Source: an uncultured Planctomycetales bacterium | GTDB taxonomy: Bacteria; Planctomycetota; UBA1135 | Direction: 5' to 3' | Assembly (NCBI GenBank): GCA_964344765.1 | Contig: CAYFOM010000019.1 | Coordinates: forward strand, 17,879-81,878 | Length of the DNA stretch: 64,000 bases | Shown: piece by piece, positions 1-8,831 of the stretch | Layout of the letters: each line of letters starts with the position of its first letter | Numbering within the stretch: the stretch's first letter is position 1 | The notes under the pieces: generated by a model | Told to the model about the DNA's origin: nothing | Database searches by the model: none | What the model saw: the letters and a program-made list of their open reading frames with translations, nothing else | Translations under genes and position numbers: made by a program

Positions 1-398
1 AGCAAAACACCGGCGACGAAACCGATTGCCGAGATCAACATCGTGATCGGGGCAAGGGCGAGTCCGGCACCAATATAGGTTGCTAATCCTTTGCCACCCT
101 GAAAGCGGAAGTAAATAGGCCAAATATGGCCGCAGAAGGCTCCGAGTCCGGCAGTCACCGCTGAGACATAGTCATCTGCTAGGTACATCCACAGCAGCAC
201 CGGCAGCAATCCTTTGACTGCATCCAAAAACCCAACCAAAGTGCCGACTTTTCGGCCCATCAGACGGCCGGCGTTGGTTGCGCCGGGGTTGCCACTACCG
301 GAACCACGAATATCGACGCCCTTGAGCCGTGCCAGCAGCAAAGCAAAGGAAAAAGCGCCTAAAAAGTAGCCGCTGAAGAAGCCGAGTAGAGGTGCCAT
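1..398 (-). CDS. plsY: Glycerol-3-phosphate acyltransferase PlsY (partial; 3' end lies beyond the window start)
   Basis: Absent from the ORF track because there is no stop inside the window. My reverse-complement translation from ATG at 398 reads [45 protein letters not shown]...[20 protein letters not shown]. It carries the PlsY hallmarks GSGNxGATN and GGKG-x-AT. Confidence 0.85.
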   Translation of the reverse strand, partial: MAPLLGFFSGYFLGAFSFALLLARLKGVDIRGSGSGNPGATNAGRLMGRKVGTLVGFLDAVKGLLPVLLWMYLADDYVSAVTAGLGAFCGHIWPIYFRFQGGKGLATYIGAGLALAPITMLISAIGFVAGVL

Positions 399-543
399 GG
401 CAGCGCGAAGTCGGGGGCGAAGGCCGCCGAAGCTACAGGATAGCCAAGCGGTTTTAGGAAATACCTTGACCTCTGCGAGGGCGCGACTAAGAAGGTGGCA
501 ACAGAAACCGGGAGCCCCCCCGTGCTCTCAAGAAGATACTGAC

Positions 544-810
544 ATGACGTACGTCATTACCGAACCCTGCGTCAACACCAAAGACACCGCTTGCGTGGAC
601 GTCTGCCCTGTTGAATGCATTTACGAAGCCGAGCCGCAGCCAGGAACGCTGGAGCTCCCCATGTTCATTCACCCGGACGAGTGCATTGATTGCGGCGCCT
701 GCGAGCCGGAATGCCCAGTTGACGCAATTTTCGTCGAGGAAGAGGTTCCCGATAAGTGGAACGCCTTCGTCCAGGCCAACTCCGATTTGGCCGCTGAGTT
801 CGACGGCTAA
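544..810 (+). CDS. Ferredoxin, 7Fe/2x[4Fe-4S]-type (FdxA-like)
   Basis: [28 protein letters not shown]...[19 protein letters not shown] shows the CxxxxxxCxxxCP and CxxCxxCxxxCP cluster motifs. ATG 544 is chosen over the track start 397, which overlaps the plsY start. Confidence 0.85.
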   Translation: MTYVITEPCVNTKDTACVDVCPVECIYEAEPQPGTLELPMFIHPDECIDCGACEPECPVDAIFVEEEVPDKWNAFVQANSDLAAEFDG

Positions 811-856
811 TTATTGATTCGGCCTCAATCCAGGCTACAAGTCGACCTCCTTCCCA

Positions 857-888
857 CCCCACGGTTCTCTGCGCAGGGAGCCGTGGGG
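857..888 (+). terminator. Possible terminator hairpin after the ferredoxin gene
   Basis: CCCCACGG (857-864) pairs with CCGTGGGG (881-888). The tail TGTGGCTGTTTC is only moderately T-rich. Confidence 0.4.
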
Positions 889-940
889 TGTGGCTGTTTC
901 AGGAAAAGTTTCCCGCGGGGATCGCCAATAGTGTCCGGGC

Positions 941-974
941 AAAAAAAACCGGACCAGGTATTAACCTGATCCGG
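941..974 (-). terminator. Rho-independent terminator downstream of tRNA-Gly
   Basis: The minus strand reads CCGGATCAGG-TTAATA-CCTGGTCCGG followed by T8, a 10-bp stem with one mismatch. Confidence 0.65.
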
Positions 975-980
975 ATGATC

Positions 981-1056
<76 letters not shown>

Positions 1057-1109
1057 GCTTTCAGAGGGCGAGAAGGATAATTGCCTGCGGGCTAAGTGTC
1101 AACGCCCGA

Positions 1110-2171
1110 TCAGGATTTTCTTTGCATCCGCTTTGGGATCTCGCCTTCGGCAGCCTCAACCAACGGCACCGGCTCGACTCCTTCGACGCCAAACAGCTTC
1201 AACGCACGAGTGCGAATTTTGTCGATGACCTCGTCTAGGGCGACGTCGGTCAACGGCACTTGGCCGCCGGCCATGCGTCCATGCCCCCCGCAGGCACCTT
1301 GTCCACCGAGGATGTAGCGCAACGCAGGGTAGGCGTCGGCACCGGGCACGTCGGTGCGTAGCGAAACTTGGTAACGGCCATCGCAAGCGCCGCCTGCCAA
1401 CGACCATTGTTGGCCGTCGAGGCGCACGAACCAATCGGCGACCTCGGCAACGGACTCGGGGCTGGATACATCGCCCATCAACGCCAACAACGCAAAGCCG
1501 TAGATTTCACACGAATCGATGGCTTGGGACATTTGACCGAAATAGGCGCGCGGCAACGACGGGCTATCAATGCTTTGCAACATTTGCCGATCGGCCAAGC
1601 GCTGTAATTCAAAGTACGAGTCCTCGTCACCGCTGGTCGAATCCTGCGCCAAGTCGTGGGTGTCATAACGAATGCCGCAAAACAGAGCCGTGGCGGTTCG
1701 ACGACTGGGTTTCAAATCGAAAGTACGCATCAAGTGATGCACCATCGTCGATGTCGCACCAAAGCCGGAATCCACCCACGAGAATGCCGGATCCAAACGT
1801 TCACTACATGGCTCTTCCGCACCTTCATGGTGGTCAAACACGGCAAGCAACGGCAAGCCGCCCGGCGGATGCGTGTGTGAAAAGCCCGGCTGGCTATCGA
1901 CCAAAATCAGCCCTTGGTAATCAGCCGGATCCACTCCCCCCTTGGGGATGGAATGGATTCCTAGCAACTGGCGCATGGCGACGTTTTCGGCACGGCGGAT
2001 TCGTCCTTCCAACACCAAGTCGCTGTCCAAACCGAATCGATCCTTTAGCAATTGTTGCAATCCAACCAACGCACCCAAGCCATCCGGATCGGGGTGGCGG
2101 TGGGTACACAGCAGAATCCGGCCTTCGGATGGCAGGACGTCTGCGAATCGGGCGAGATCCGGCAGGCTCAT
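1110..2171 (-). CDS. DHH/DHHA1-family phosphoesterase (NrnA-like oligoribonuclease/pAp phosphatase)
   Basis: 353 aa with THRHPDPDGLGA, FDHHEG (DHH motif) and the C-terminal GGGHGRMAGG (DHHA1 GGGH motif). Confidence 0.8.
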   Translation of the reverse strand: MSLPDLARFADVLPSEGRILLCTHRHPDPDGLGALVGLQQLLKDRFGLDSDLVLEGRIRRAENVAMRQLLGIHSIPKGGVDPADYQGLILVDSQPGFSHTHPPGGLPLLAVFDHHEGAEEPCSERLDPAFSWVDSGFGATSTMVHHLMRTFDLKPSRRTATALFCGIRYDTHDLAQDSTSGDEDSYFELQRLADRQMLQSIDSPSLPRAYFGQMSQAIDSCEIYGFALLALMGDVSSPESVAEVADWFVRLDGQQWSLAGGACDGRYQVSLRTDVPGADAYPALRYILGGQGACGGHGRMAGGQVPLTDVALDEVIDKIRTRALKLFGVEGVEPVPLVEAAEGEIPKRMQRKS

Positions 2172-2193
2172 TCAGGGGTGCGCAAGGCGCGAG

Positions 2194-3090
2194 TCAACGG
2201 ATGCCGAAGGCCGCTAGCGTGTCGCGAGCGGCGGGCAGGGACCCCATAGGATAAACGGGAGCCGCGGTAAGCACACGGGTTGCGTCGCGCGGCAAATATT
2301 CGGCCAGCAACTGGAAGTCGACTACGCCCTCCCCCGGCAGCAGCAAATCGCGGCCTTCGGCCCAGTCCTGGAGGGAGGTTCCAGCGAGAGTCGCCCCGGC
2401 CGCGTCGAGCCAATCTCCTGGTTGCTCCAAACCAAATGCGGCGCGCGTTTGTGCTGCACCGCAATCGTGCCAGTAGCCCAGCCGATCTAGGCCGGCGTCA
2501 TTGCGCAACAGCGAGAGGTGGGATGGGCGTAGCAGCGCCGCCGGCGATGCCTGAGCTCGCAGCGCAACCTGCAGCCCTGGGGCGTGCTGGCGGATTGAAT
2601 GCACGAACCTTGCCACCGCTTCCAACTGACGCTCAGTTTGACCGCTGTCAGCGTTGCGTAGCGGCTCAAGGGCTTCCATGCCGGGATCGATGCTGCCGGC
2701 CTCCTCTAGGGCGCTGAGCAGCTTCTCGCCGCGCTCCTCCGCCCCGGTGGCGGCTTGGCAGCCCAAATCCAGAATCAAAGTGGACGCCCCAACCGCCCTG
2801 AGACCGGCGAAGACCAGCGGCCACTGTGCGGCGGCACGCTGCCAGCTCTGCGGATCCATTGCCGACGGCGCGCTGGCGGGGTCGTCGGGGCTTGAAGCGG
2901 GCAAAAAACTGTCCCAAGATGCAGCAATGGTTCGGCCGTGAAGGTGGCTCGGAAGCTCGTTCAAGGGCTGCTCGGCTAAATCGCCGGAATCGAGCCCGGC
3001 AATCCCTCGAAAACCGAGTTCAGCGGCCTGATCCAGACAGGCATCAAGCTTGCCCGCCGAAGCGCCGAAACAAGTCAGAGACAGGTTCAT
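2194..3090 (-). CDS. Sugar phosphate isomerase/epimerase-like TIM-barrel protein
   Basis: MNLSLTCFGAS..., GYWHDCGAAQ and LLPGEGVVDFQLL resemble the xylose-isomerase-like TIM barrel family. This is motif level only. An alternative start is at 3123. Confidence 0.5.
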   Translation of the reverse strand: MNLSLTCFGASAGKLDACLDQAAELGFRGIAGLDSGDLAEQPLNELPSHLHGRTIAASWDSFLPASSPDDPASAPSAMDPQSWQRAAAQWPLVFAGLRAVGASTLILDLGCQAATGAEERGEKLLSALEEAGSIDPGMEALEPLRNADSGQTERQLEAVARFVHSIRQHAPGLQVALRAQASPAALLRPSHLSLLRNDAGLDRLGYWHDCGAAQTRAAFGLEQPGDWLDAAGATLAGTSLQDWAEGRDLLLPGEGVVDFQLLAEYLPRDATRVLTAAPVYPMGSLPAARDTLAAFGIR

Positions 3091-3206
3091 TCGAATTAGC
3101 GATTTCTTGTTATTTGCAGGCAAGAAAGAAGTGCCAAGGGCGCAGTTTAATCGTTAAGCTAGAACCTGCGAGCAATCGCTCCAATTCCATTGTCCGAAAA
3201 GTCATC

Positions 3207-4778
3207 ATGTTGAGCATTCTTACCTCAGTACTGTTGCTGTTTCCTGCTTTGCCGCAGGAGCCGGCACCTAGCTGCCCTTCGCAGCAAGCCGAAGCCTGTC
3301 AGGAAGCCGCCAAAGCTGCCTGTGATTCCAAAGTTGCCGATTGCGATTCCAAAGTCGCCGCCTGTGATTCCAAAGTTACCGATTGCGAAACTCAGGTTGC
3401 AGCTTGCGATTCCAAGCCGATGAGCATGGACTACGCGCTGGCCAGCATCACTCTCAAGTTGGACGCTCAAGAGCCGGAATGCTCGAGCAAGGCCAAGTCG
3501 GAGTGCAGCACTGATGTGGTCTGCGATTCCAAGGCTAGCTACACCGTGGTGATGAACCAGATTGATGACTGCTTGGAGCAGTCCGGTTGCGACAGCAAGA
3601 AGAGTGAGTGCAGCAGCAACACTTTGGTCGTCTCGAACGCCAAAGCTGATTGCTCGACCGAAGCTGCTTGCGACACCAAGTCCGATTGCGACACCAAGGC
3701 TGACTGCCAAGAGCCGTGCCCGAGCGAAGCTCAGCCGACTGCTCGCGTCGTCCGCTTGGTCGCCCCGCAGCAAGGTGCATGCGGCGAAGTCCAAGCTCAG
3801 GATTGCAAGCCTAGCGATTGCGACACCAAGTCTGACTGCGACACCAAAGCTGAGTGCAGCGAAGTTTCGTGCGAAGTCAACACCGTCGTGACCTTGGTCA
3901 ACGATGCCCAAGCTGAATGCAGCGAAGACAAAGAAGTTCTTTGCGAAGTTGAAGTCGTCTGCGAAGAAAGTGCTTCGGCTTGCAACGACGTCACCGTTGC
4001 TTCGGCTTGCTCCGACGAGAAGGCCGCTTCCGGTTGCTGCGACGAAAAGGCTGCATCGGCATGCTGCGACGAGAAGGCCGCTTCGGCTTGCTCCGACAAA
4101 GCTAGCGAGTGCGTGGAAGTCGTCGCCTGCGAAGAGACCACCGAATGCAGCGAAGAGATCGCTTTCGATTGGGTTCAGGCAACTAACGCCGAGTGCAACG
4201 AATTGGTTCTTAGCGAACTAGACGGCAAGCAGATCGCCATGGTTGTGCGCGTTGAAGGTGACGTCGACAACTTGGACGGTCAGATTCAGCAGTTGATTCA
4301 GCAGATCGATATGAAGGAGCACGGCAAAGGCATGGCGATGATTCGCGTAGCCGGTGCCGAAGGCAAGACTCATAAAGGAATTCGCCTGAACGCTCCGTCC
4401 GAAGGCGTGCACATGATTCGCTTGGCGGACTTGAACGTGGAATGCGGTGAAATCGCTGACTGCGGTGACAAGTCCGACTGCGCTGATCTTGCTGCTGCCT
4501 GTGGCGACAAAGCTGATTGCAACACCAAAGCCTCGGATTGCGGCGACAAGGCTGCCTGCGACGATGACCGCGGCGCCAAGAAGGTGATCCAAAAGCGCAT
4601 TCGCCTCACCGATGGAGCTCAGGACTACGTCTTCGAGGCCCATGGCGCACACGGCGAACATGGTGGCCATGGCCACGACGCTCACGCCAGCCATAACATG
4701 GAGCATCGCCTCGCCGAGTTGGAAGCACGCTTGGCTCGCATCGAGAGCATGCTGGAGCGCTTGGAGCGTCGCCTCTAA
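3207..4778 (+). CDS. Cys-rich tandem-repeat protein with His-rich, coiled-coil C-terminus (unknown function)
   Basis: ATG 3207 is in frame with track ORF 2826..4778 and gives MLSILTSVLLLFPALPQEP..., a hydrophobic N-terminus. About 45 Cys in 523 aa by my count, mostly in C-[DES]-[ST]-K-x-x-x units. The tail is HGAHGEHGGHGHDAHASHNMEH followed by RLAELEARLARIESMLERLERRL. A strong terminator follows. Confidence 0.75.
   Translation: MLSILTSVLLLFPALPQEPAPSCPSQQAEACQEAAKAACDSKVADCDSKVAACDSKVTDCETQVAACDSKPMSMDYALASITLKLDAQEPECSSKAKSECSTDVVCDSKASYTVVMNQIDDCLEQSGCDSKKSECSSNTLVVSNAKADCSTEAACDTKSDCDTKADCQEPCPSEAQPTARVVRLVAPQQGACGEVQAQDCKPSDCDTKSDCDTKAECSEVSCEVNTVVTLVNDAQAECSEDKEVLCEVEVVCEESASACNDVTVASACSDEKAASGCCDEKAASACCDEKAASACSDKASECVEVVACEETTECSEEIAFDWVQATNAECNELVLSELDGKQIAMVVRVEGDVDNLDGQIQQLIQQIDMKEHGKGMAMIRVAGAEGKTHKGIRLNAPSEGVHMIRLADLNVECGEIADCGDKSDCADLAAACGDKADCNTKASDCGDKAACDDDRGAKKVIQKRIRLTDGAQDYVFEAHGAHGEHGGHGHDAHASHNMEHRLAELEARLARIESMLERLERRL
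3321..3416 (+). repeat. 21-bp tandem repeat (about 4.5 units) encoding CDSKVxx heptads
   Basis: The units are tgtgattccaaagttgccgat / tgcgattccaaagtcgccgcc / tgtgattccaaagttaccgat / tgcgaaactcaggttgcagct / tgcgattccaag. Confidence 0.9.
4008..4100 (+). repeat. 27-bp tandem repeat (about 3.5 units) encoding C(S/C)DEKAAS(G/A) nonamers
   Basis: The units are tgctccgacgagaaggccgcttccggt / tgctgcgacgaaaaggctgcatcggca / tgctgcgacgagaaggccgcttcggct / tgctccgacaaagct... Confidence 0.85.
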
Positions 4779-4801
4779 TCGCCAAGCCTGAAGGCTCAAC
4801 C

Positions 4802-4840
4802 AAAAGGGCACCTGGAGTCATCCAGGTGCCCTTTTCCTTT
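4802..4840. terminator. Bidirectional rho-independent terminator between convergent genes
   Basis: AAAAGGGCACCTGGA (4802-4816), loop GTCA, TCCAGGTGCCCTTTT (4821-4835), then CCTTTT. This is a perfect 15-bp stem with A/T runs on both sides. Confidence 0.85.
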
Positions 4841-4861
4841 TGAGGTCGTCGTGACCAAGTC

Positions 4862-6301
4862 TTAGACGCTCACTTCACCGGCGGCAGCTTTGACCTCACT
4901 GCGCTGCTCCAAACATGGCATCACATGCTCGCTGAGGAAGTCGTCGACTTGTTCGGCAGCGCGACCGACGAATGCCCGCGGATCGACCAGTTCGTCAATT
5001 TGATCTTTAATCGCGGTGAAGGCTTCATCGGCAGCGATTCGATCGAGTAGATCGTTAACGCCATCCTCAGTCTTCATGCGTTTGGCCGCAGCATGGCTGT
5101 GAACCCGAATGCGCTCGTGCAAATCTTGACGGTCACCGCCGGCTTGCACCGCTGCCATCAACAAAGTCTCGGTTGCCATGAACGGCATCTCCTTGGCCAA
5201 GTTTGCTTCAATCACTCGCGGGTATGGAACCAAGCCCGAGGAAACGTCTTGCACCAAAAGCAAAATGGCGTCGGCAGCGAGGAAGGACTCGGGGATTGCG
5301 ATGCGGCGGTTAGCCGAGTCATCCAACGTACGCTCCAACCATTGATGGGCGGCGGTTTCGCCGGCGTTGGGTGCCATATTCATCAAGTACCGAGCCAAAG
5401 CACCGATGCGCTCGGAACGCATCGGGTTGCGTTTGTACGGCATCGCCGACGATCCGATTTGCTTTTTGCCGAAGGGTTCTTCCAGCTCGCGGCGGTGCGC
5501 AAGTAGGCGGATATCGGTTGCAAACTTCGCAGCCGACATGGCGATACCGGCAACCACCTGCAACACCATGGCGTCCCACTTGCGCGGATAAGTTTGGCCG
5601 CAAACCGGAACCGCCCGGGTGAAGCCCATGCGCTGGGTGACGTCGGCTTCTAGCTCCCGAACCTTTTGATGGTCGCCCTCAAAAAGCTGTAAGAAACTTG
5701 CTTGAGTACCGGTGGTCCCTTTGACGCCGCGGAACGGCAACGCCTCGATAAGTCGCTCGACCTCTTGCAAATCGAGCAAGAAGTCCTGCAGCCACAAACT
5801 GCCGCGCTTGCCCAAGGTCACCGGTTGCGCCGGCTGGAAATGAGTAAAGCCCAAGATCGGAAGCGCTTTTTGCTCGTCACAAAATTCGGCCAGTGCTCGA
5901 ATTGCAGCAACCAGTCGGTCGCGCAGTATCAACAACCCTTCCTTCATTTGAATCAGGTCGGATCCGTCGGCCACGTAACAAGAAGTCGCCCCGAGGTGAA
6001 TGATCGGCTTCGCCGACGGCGCAACCTCACCGTAAGCATGTACATGAGCCATTACATCGTGGCGCAATTGGCGCTCCAGTTCGGCCACGCGATCAAAGTC
6101 GATGTTTTCGCGTTCGGCGCGGAGTTCATCGATCTGCTGCTGGTTAATGTCGAGGCCGTGCTCCTTTTCAGCTTCGGCCAAGGCAATCCACAGGTCGCGC
6201 CAAATCAAGCTGCGCCGCCGGTAGGAAAAGTTTTCCTGCATCGCCGGGCTGGCGTAACGAGCGGCCAACGGAGAGACGTATCGATCGTGAGTTTGAGTCA
6301 T
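4862..6301 (-). CDS. purB: Adenylosuccinate lyase
   Basis: Carries the fumarate-lyase signature GSSAMPYKRNP. The N-terminus MTQTHDRYVSPLAARYASPAMQENFS is typical of PurB. ATG 6301 is chosen because the track start 6364 would overlap the upstream gene. Confidence 0.9.
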   Translation of the reverse strand: MTQTHDRYVSPLAARYASPAMQENFSYRRRSLIWRDLWIALAEAEKEHGLDINQQQIDELRAERENIDFDRVAELERQLRHDVMAHVHAYGEVAPSAKPIIHLGATSCYVADGSDLIQMKEGLLILRDRLVAAIRALAEFCDEQKALPILGFTHFQPAQPVTLGKRGSLWLQDFLLDLQEVERLIEALPFRGVKGTTGTQASFLQLFEGDHQKVRELEADVTQRMGFTRAVPVCGQTYPRKWDAMVLQVVAGIAMSAAKFATDIRLLAHRRELEEPFGKKQIGSSAMPYKRNPMRSERIGALARYLMNMAPNAGETAAHQWLERTLDDSANRRIAIPESFLAADAILLLVQDVSSGLVPYPRVIEANLAKEMPFMATETLLMAAVQAGGDRQDLHERIRVHSHAAAKRMKTEDGVNDLLDRIAADEAFTAIKDQIDELVDPRAFVGRAAEQVDDFLSEHVMPCLEQRSEVKAAAGEVSV

Positions 6302-6311
6302 TTTCTCGGGG

Positions 6312-6827
6312 TCAGGGCCCAACGGGGACGAAGGGTAGCGGTGGATCGGGGGCATAAACCACAACCAAATTCCAACTCACTCCAATCCAAACCTGGGTGC
6401 TAATTAATACAGCAGTCTGCCAGGGTTTGCGGGCTTTGGAAAACCACAAAGCCAAGATCAAAATATGCACGGCTCCCATTACATCGGAGCAAACGTCATT
6501 CATTCCGGAACCGCGATTGCGAAAGCTTTGATTCCACTCATCAAGAATTCCCATCAAGGCAACGAGGGTAGGCATCCAAACCCAAACCACTCGTTGGTAT
6601 AGGCTCTGCCGAGGCAAAACCAGTAACAGCGTCAGCGCAAAGTAGCCATACAGAAACTGATGGCCAAGGTTGTAAGTGAACTCAATTTCAAACGGGATCG
6701 CCGCTTTGCCGGCATCGGGGGGATTCCCGATGCGCATCGAAGTGCGATACAGGACGTAGAGGGACAAAGCAAAAGCCCCCCAACGCAAACTTGCGGGAAT
6801 TCGATAAAGCTTAAGAAACAGGTTCAT
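6312..6827 (-). CDS. VanZ-like integral membrane protein
   Basis: 171 aa with several hydrophobic helices. LDEWNQSFRNRGSGMNDVCSDVMGA resembles the VanZ DExxQxxxxxRxxxxxDxxxNxxG motif. Confidence 0.55.
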   Translation of the reverse strand: MNLFLKLYRIPASLRWGAFALSLYVLYRTSMRIGNPPDAGKAAIPFEIEFTYNLGHQFLYGYFALTLLLVLPRQSLYQRVVWVWMPTLVALMGILDEWNQSFRNRGSGMNDVCSDVMGAVHILILALWFSKARKPWQTAVLISTQVWIGVSWNLVVVYAPDPPLPFVPVGP

Positions 6828-7674
6828 CGAAGAGGAATGACAAATCCAATGCCGGCGCCGAATGGGTCAGCGCCCCCAACGAAACGCGGGTCACCCCCCA
6901 TTCCGCCAACTGCTCCAGGTCGGCTGGAGTCAAACCGCCGCTTAGCTCAATTTCTGCGTCCGGGAATTGCTTGCGAATATCGGCGATGTCCTGCGCAAGC
7001 GTGCTGCGCTCAAAGTTATCCAACATTACGTAGTTGGCACCTGCGGCCAAAGCTTGAATGGCTTGCTCTAGGGTTTGCGCCTCCGCTCCAACAATTTTGC
7101 CACCACCCACGGCGACAGCTCGCGCAACGGTTTCACCGTAACCTAAGCCAGCCAACGCAAAATGATTCTCCTTCAACAGGATTTGGTCTTCCAAATCCCG
7201 ACGATGATTGGTTCCGCCGCCAACTGCAACCGCAGCCTTTTGTGCATCGCGTAATCCAGGCGTGGTCTTACGCGTATCCATCACTTTGAGCCCAGCACCT
7301 ACGGCTACAGCTTGTGCAGTCAAGGTTGCTACCCCGCCAAGCTGTTGCATGAAATTTAAGGCGGTGCGTTCGGCGGCCAGCAAGCCTCGCGCCGATCCTT
7401 GGCACTCCAATACCACCATCCCGGGCTTCACACGATCGCCATCGGCCGCCTTCCACTGAAAGACACCGCTGGGCGTACAAAGCTCAAAAGCAGCTTCGGC
7501 ATATGCGCGGCCCGCTAGCACGCCATCCGCTTTGGCGACGATTTGGCCGGAGGCCTGGGCGTCTTCAGGCACTACAGCCTGTGAGGTGGCGTCTTGCCAA
7601 GCGTGATCTTCGCGCAGCGCTTCTCGAACCTGCTCTTCGATGCTCTTTGCCAGTGGTGGCTCCAGATCCTGCAT
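6811..7674 (-). CDS. nadC: Nicotinate-nucleotide diphosphorylase (carboxylating) / quinolinate phosphoribosyltransferase
   Basis: 287 aa with MDTRKTTPGLR, LLKENH and a C-terminal (E)LSGG...L block typical of NadC. Confidence 0.9.
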   Translation of the reverse strand: MQDLEPPLAKSIEEQVREALREDHAWQDATSQAVVPEDAQASGQIVAKADGVLAGRAYAEAAFELCTPSGVFQWKAADGDRVKPGMVVLECQGSARGLLAAERTALNFMQQLGGVATLTAQAVAVGAGLKVMDTRKTTPGLRDAQKAAVAVGGGTNHRRDLEDQILLKENHFALAGLGYGETVARAVAVGGGKIVGAEAQTLEQAIQALAAGANYVMLDNFERSTLAQDIADIRKQFPDAEIELSGGLTPADLEQLAEWGVTRVSLGALTHSAPALDLSFLFDEPVS

Positions 7675-7683
7675 CGCAGCATT

Positions 7684-8070
7684 CTACTTCGGCGGTGGAA
7701 CTCCCCCATACGGGATAGCCATGTCCTGGCGATCCGGAACCACCTCTCCCGACCTGTGACGCAACCAATTGATTGGAATCCCATCCACCGTTCCCTCACC
7801 CACACTGGGCAATGCCGACAGGTTGCCCAAATGCAACGGAAAGCCCAAGCGCACACGCTCGAGGGCAATCCGCCGAGCCGTCTGCGCTCCGATGCCGGGC
7901 AACCAGGCGATTTCCGGCCACGAAGCCGTCGCCAGATCAATGGTTTGTCCCGGAAGTGATGCCACTCCCTCCCATTTCTTCCGAGATTGCGATAGCCCCC
8001 AACAGCTATGTACCGCGGCCAATGCCACCAGCACTGCGGCGGTTCGTAGTTGCAGCCACTCCCTCGTCAT
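7684..8070 (-). CDS. ComEA-like helix-hairpin-helix DNA-binding protein
   Basis: N-terminal membrane/signal segment, then IDLATASWPEIAWLPGIGAQTARRIALER, an HhH motif LPGIGxxxAxxI. Confidence 0.7.
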   Translation of the reverse strand: MTREWLQLRTAAVLVALAAVHSCWGLSQSRKKWEGVASLPGQTIDLATASWPEIAWLPGIGAQTARRIALERVRLGFPLHLGNLSALPSVGEGTVDGIPINWLRHRSGEVVPDRQDMAIPYGGVPPPK

Positions 8071-8099
8071 ACCCGGAAGACGGGTTCGACCACCAATGG

Positions 8100-8831
8100 T
8101 TACTCGGATTCCAGCGAAACTTTGCGATGACGCAAAACACTGTCAATCGCTAAATCGCGGTCGAGGGCCCGATTCAAATCCAAAACGCGAAACCGCTCCT
8201 CACCGTCGGGCACGGACATCAACAAGCCTGATTCGCCTTGGTGGAGCGATGCAAAAGGACCTTCGCTATTCACCAACGTCAGCGGCCATAGCCCGCCCTG
8301 CAATTTGACCTTTCGTCCACCCCGCCCGGCCGCCGCCAACATGCGCTGCAAAAACCGACGATCGTGGGCACCTAAATCCTCCACCCAAGCATCGGCCGGA
8401 GACGGCTCGGCGGATGGGAAGCACAGCTCCAGCTTCCAATCCAGCACGTCGCCGTGAATTTGGTAGCCACGCACAGCCGTTGTTTGAGCGAAAAAGCGTA
8501 AGCGAGCGAAGTCCTCCACGCACCAACTTCGGCTTAACAAGATCAGTCTTGGCTCGCGACCGCGTCGGTAAATCGGATCGGCGCCTTCCAATCCTTCCCG
8601 GAACGAGGTAATGACCTCTAAAGCCCAGTCATATGCCGAAGGCCCCATTTGCTCGAACATTCCGAACAAACACGGCCGCCCTAACAAGTCGATGCCATGC
8701 AAGCCAATCTCGGCACCCGATCGCAACGGAATAGCAAGATCTTGCAACAGCAATCCAGGTTCGACCCGCGCCGGCTTGGCGAGCAGGAATTCCACCAAAC
8801 TGGATTGTTCCACAGGGTCCAGAGCGCTCAT
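8100..8831 (-). CDS. Hypothetical protein translationally coupled to ruvC
   Basis: ATG 8831 overlaps the ruvC stop (ATGA, 8828-8831). The product is 243 aa starting MSALDPVEQSSLVEFLLAKPARVEPGLLLQDL...GIDLLGRPCLFGMFEQ. The longer track ORF (to 9122) would lie inside ruvC and was trimmed. Confidence 0.5.
   Translation of the reverse strand: MSALDPVEQSSLVEFLLAKPARVEPGLLLQDLAIPLRSGAEIGLHGIDLLGRPCLFGMFEQMGPSAYDWALEVITSFREGLEGADPIYRRGREPRLILLSRSWCVEDFARLRFFAQTTAVRGYQIHGDVLDWKLELCFPSAEPSPADAWVEDLGAHDRRFLQRMLAAAGRGGRKVKLQGGLWPLTLVNSEGPFASLHQGESGLLMSVPDGEERFRVLDLNRALDRDLAIDSVLRHRKVSLESE

Noticed and set aside
397-543. 49-codon N-terminal extension of the ferredoxin ORF
   Set aside because: It begins on the plsY start codon and is Arg/Ala-rich. 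The ferredoxin family starts at MTYVITEPC (ATG 544).
2826-3206. 127-codon N-terminal extension of the Cys-rich ORF in the track
   Set aside because: It overlaps the opposite-strand TIM-barrel gene and is Arg-rich junk. ATG 3207 gives a hydrophobic N-terminus right where the intergenic region ends.
3321-4100. Tandem DNA repeats that could be mistaken for a CRISPR-like or minisatellite array
   Set aside because: The units are contiguous with no spacers, are multiples of 3 nt (21 and 27 bp) and lie in frame inside a long ORF. They are coding repeats.
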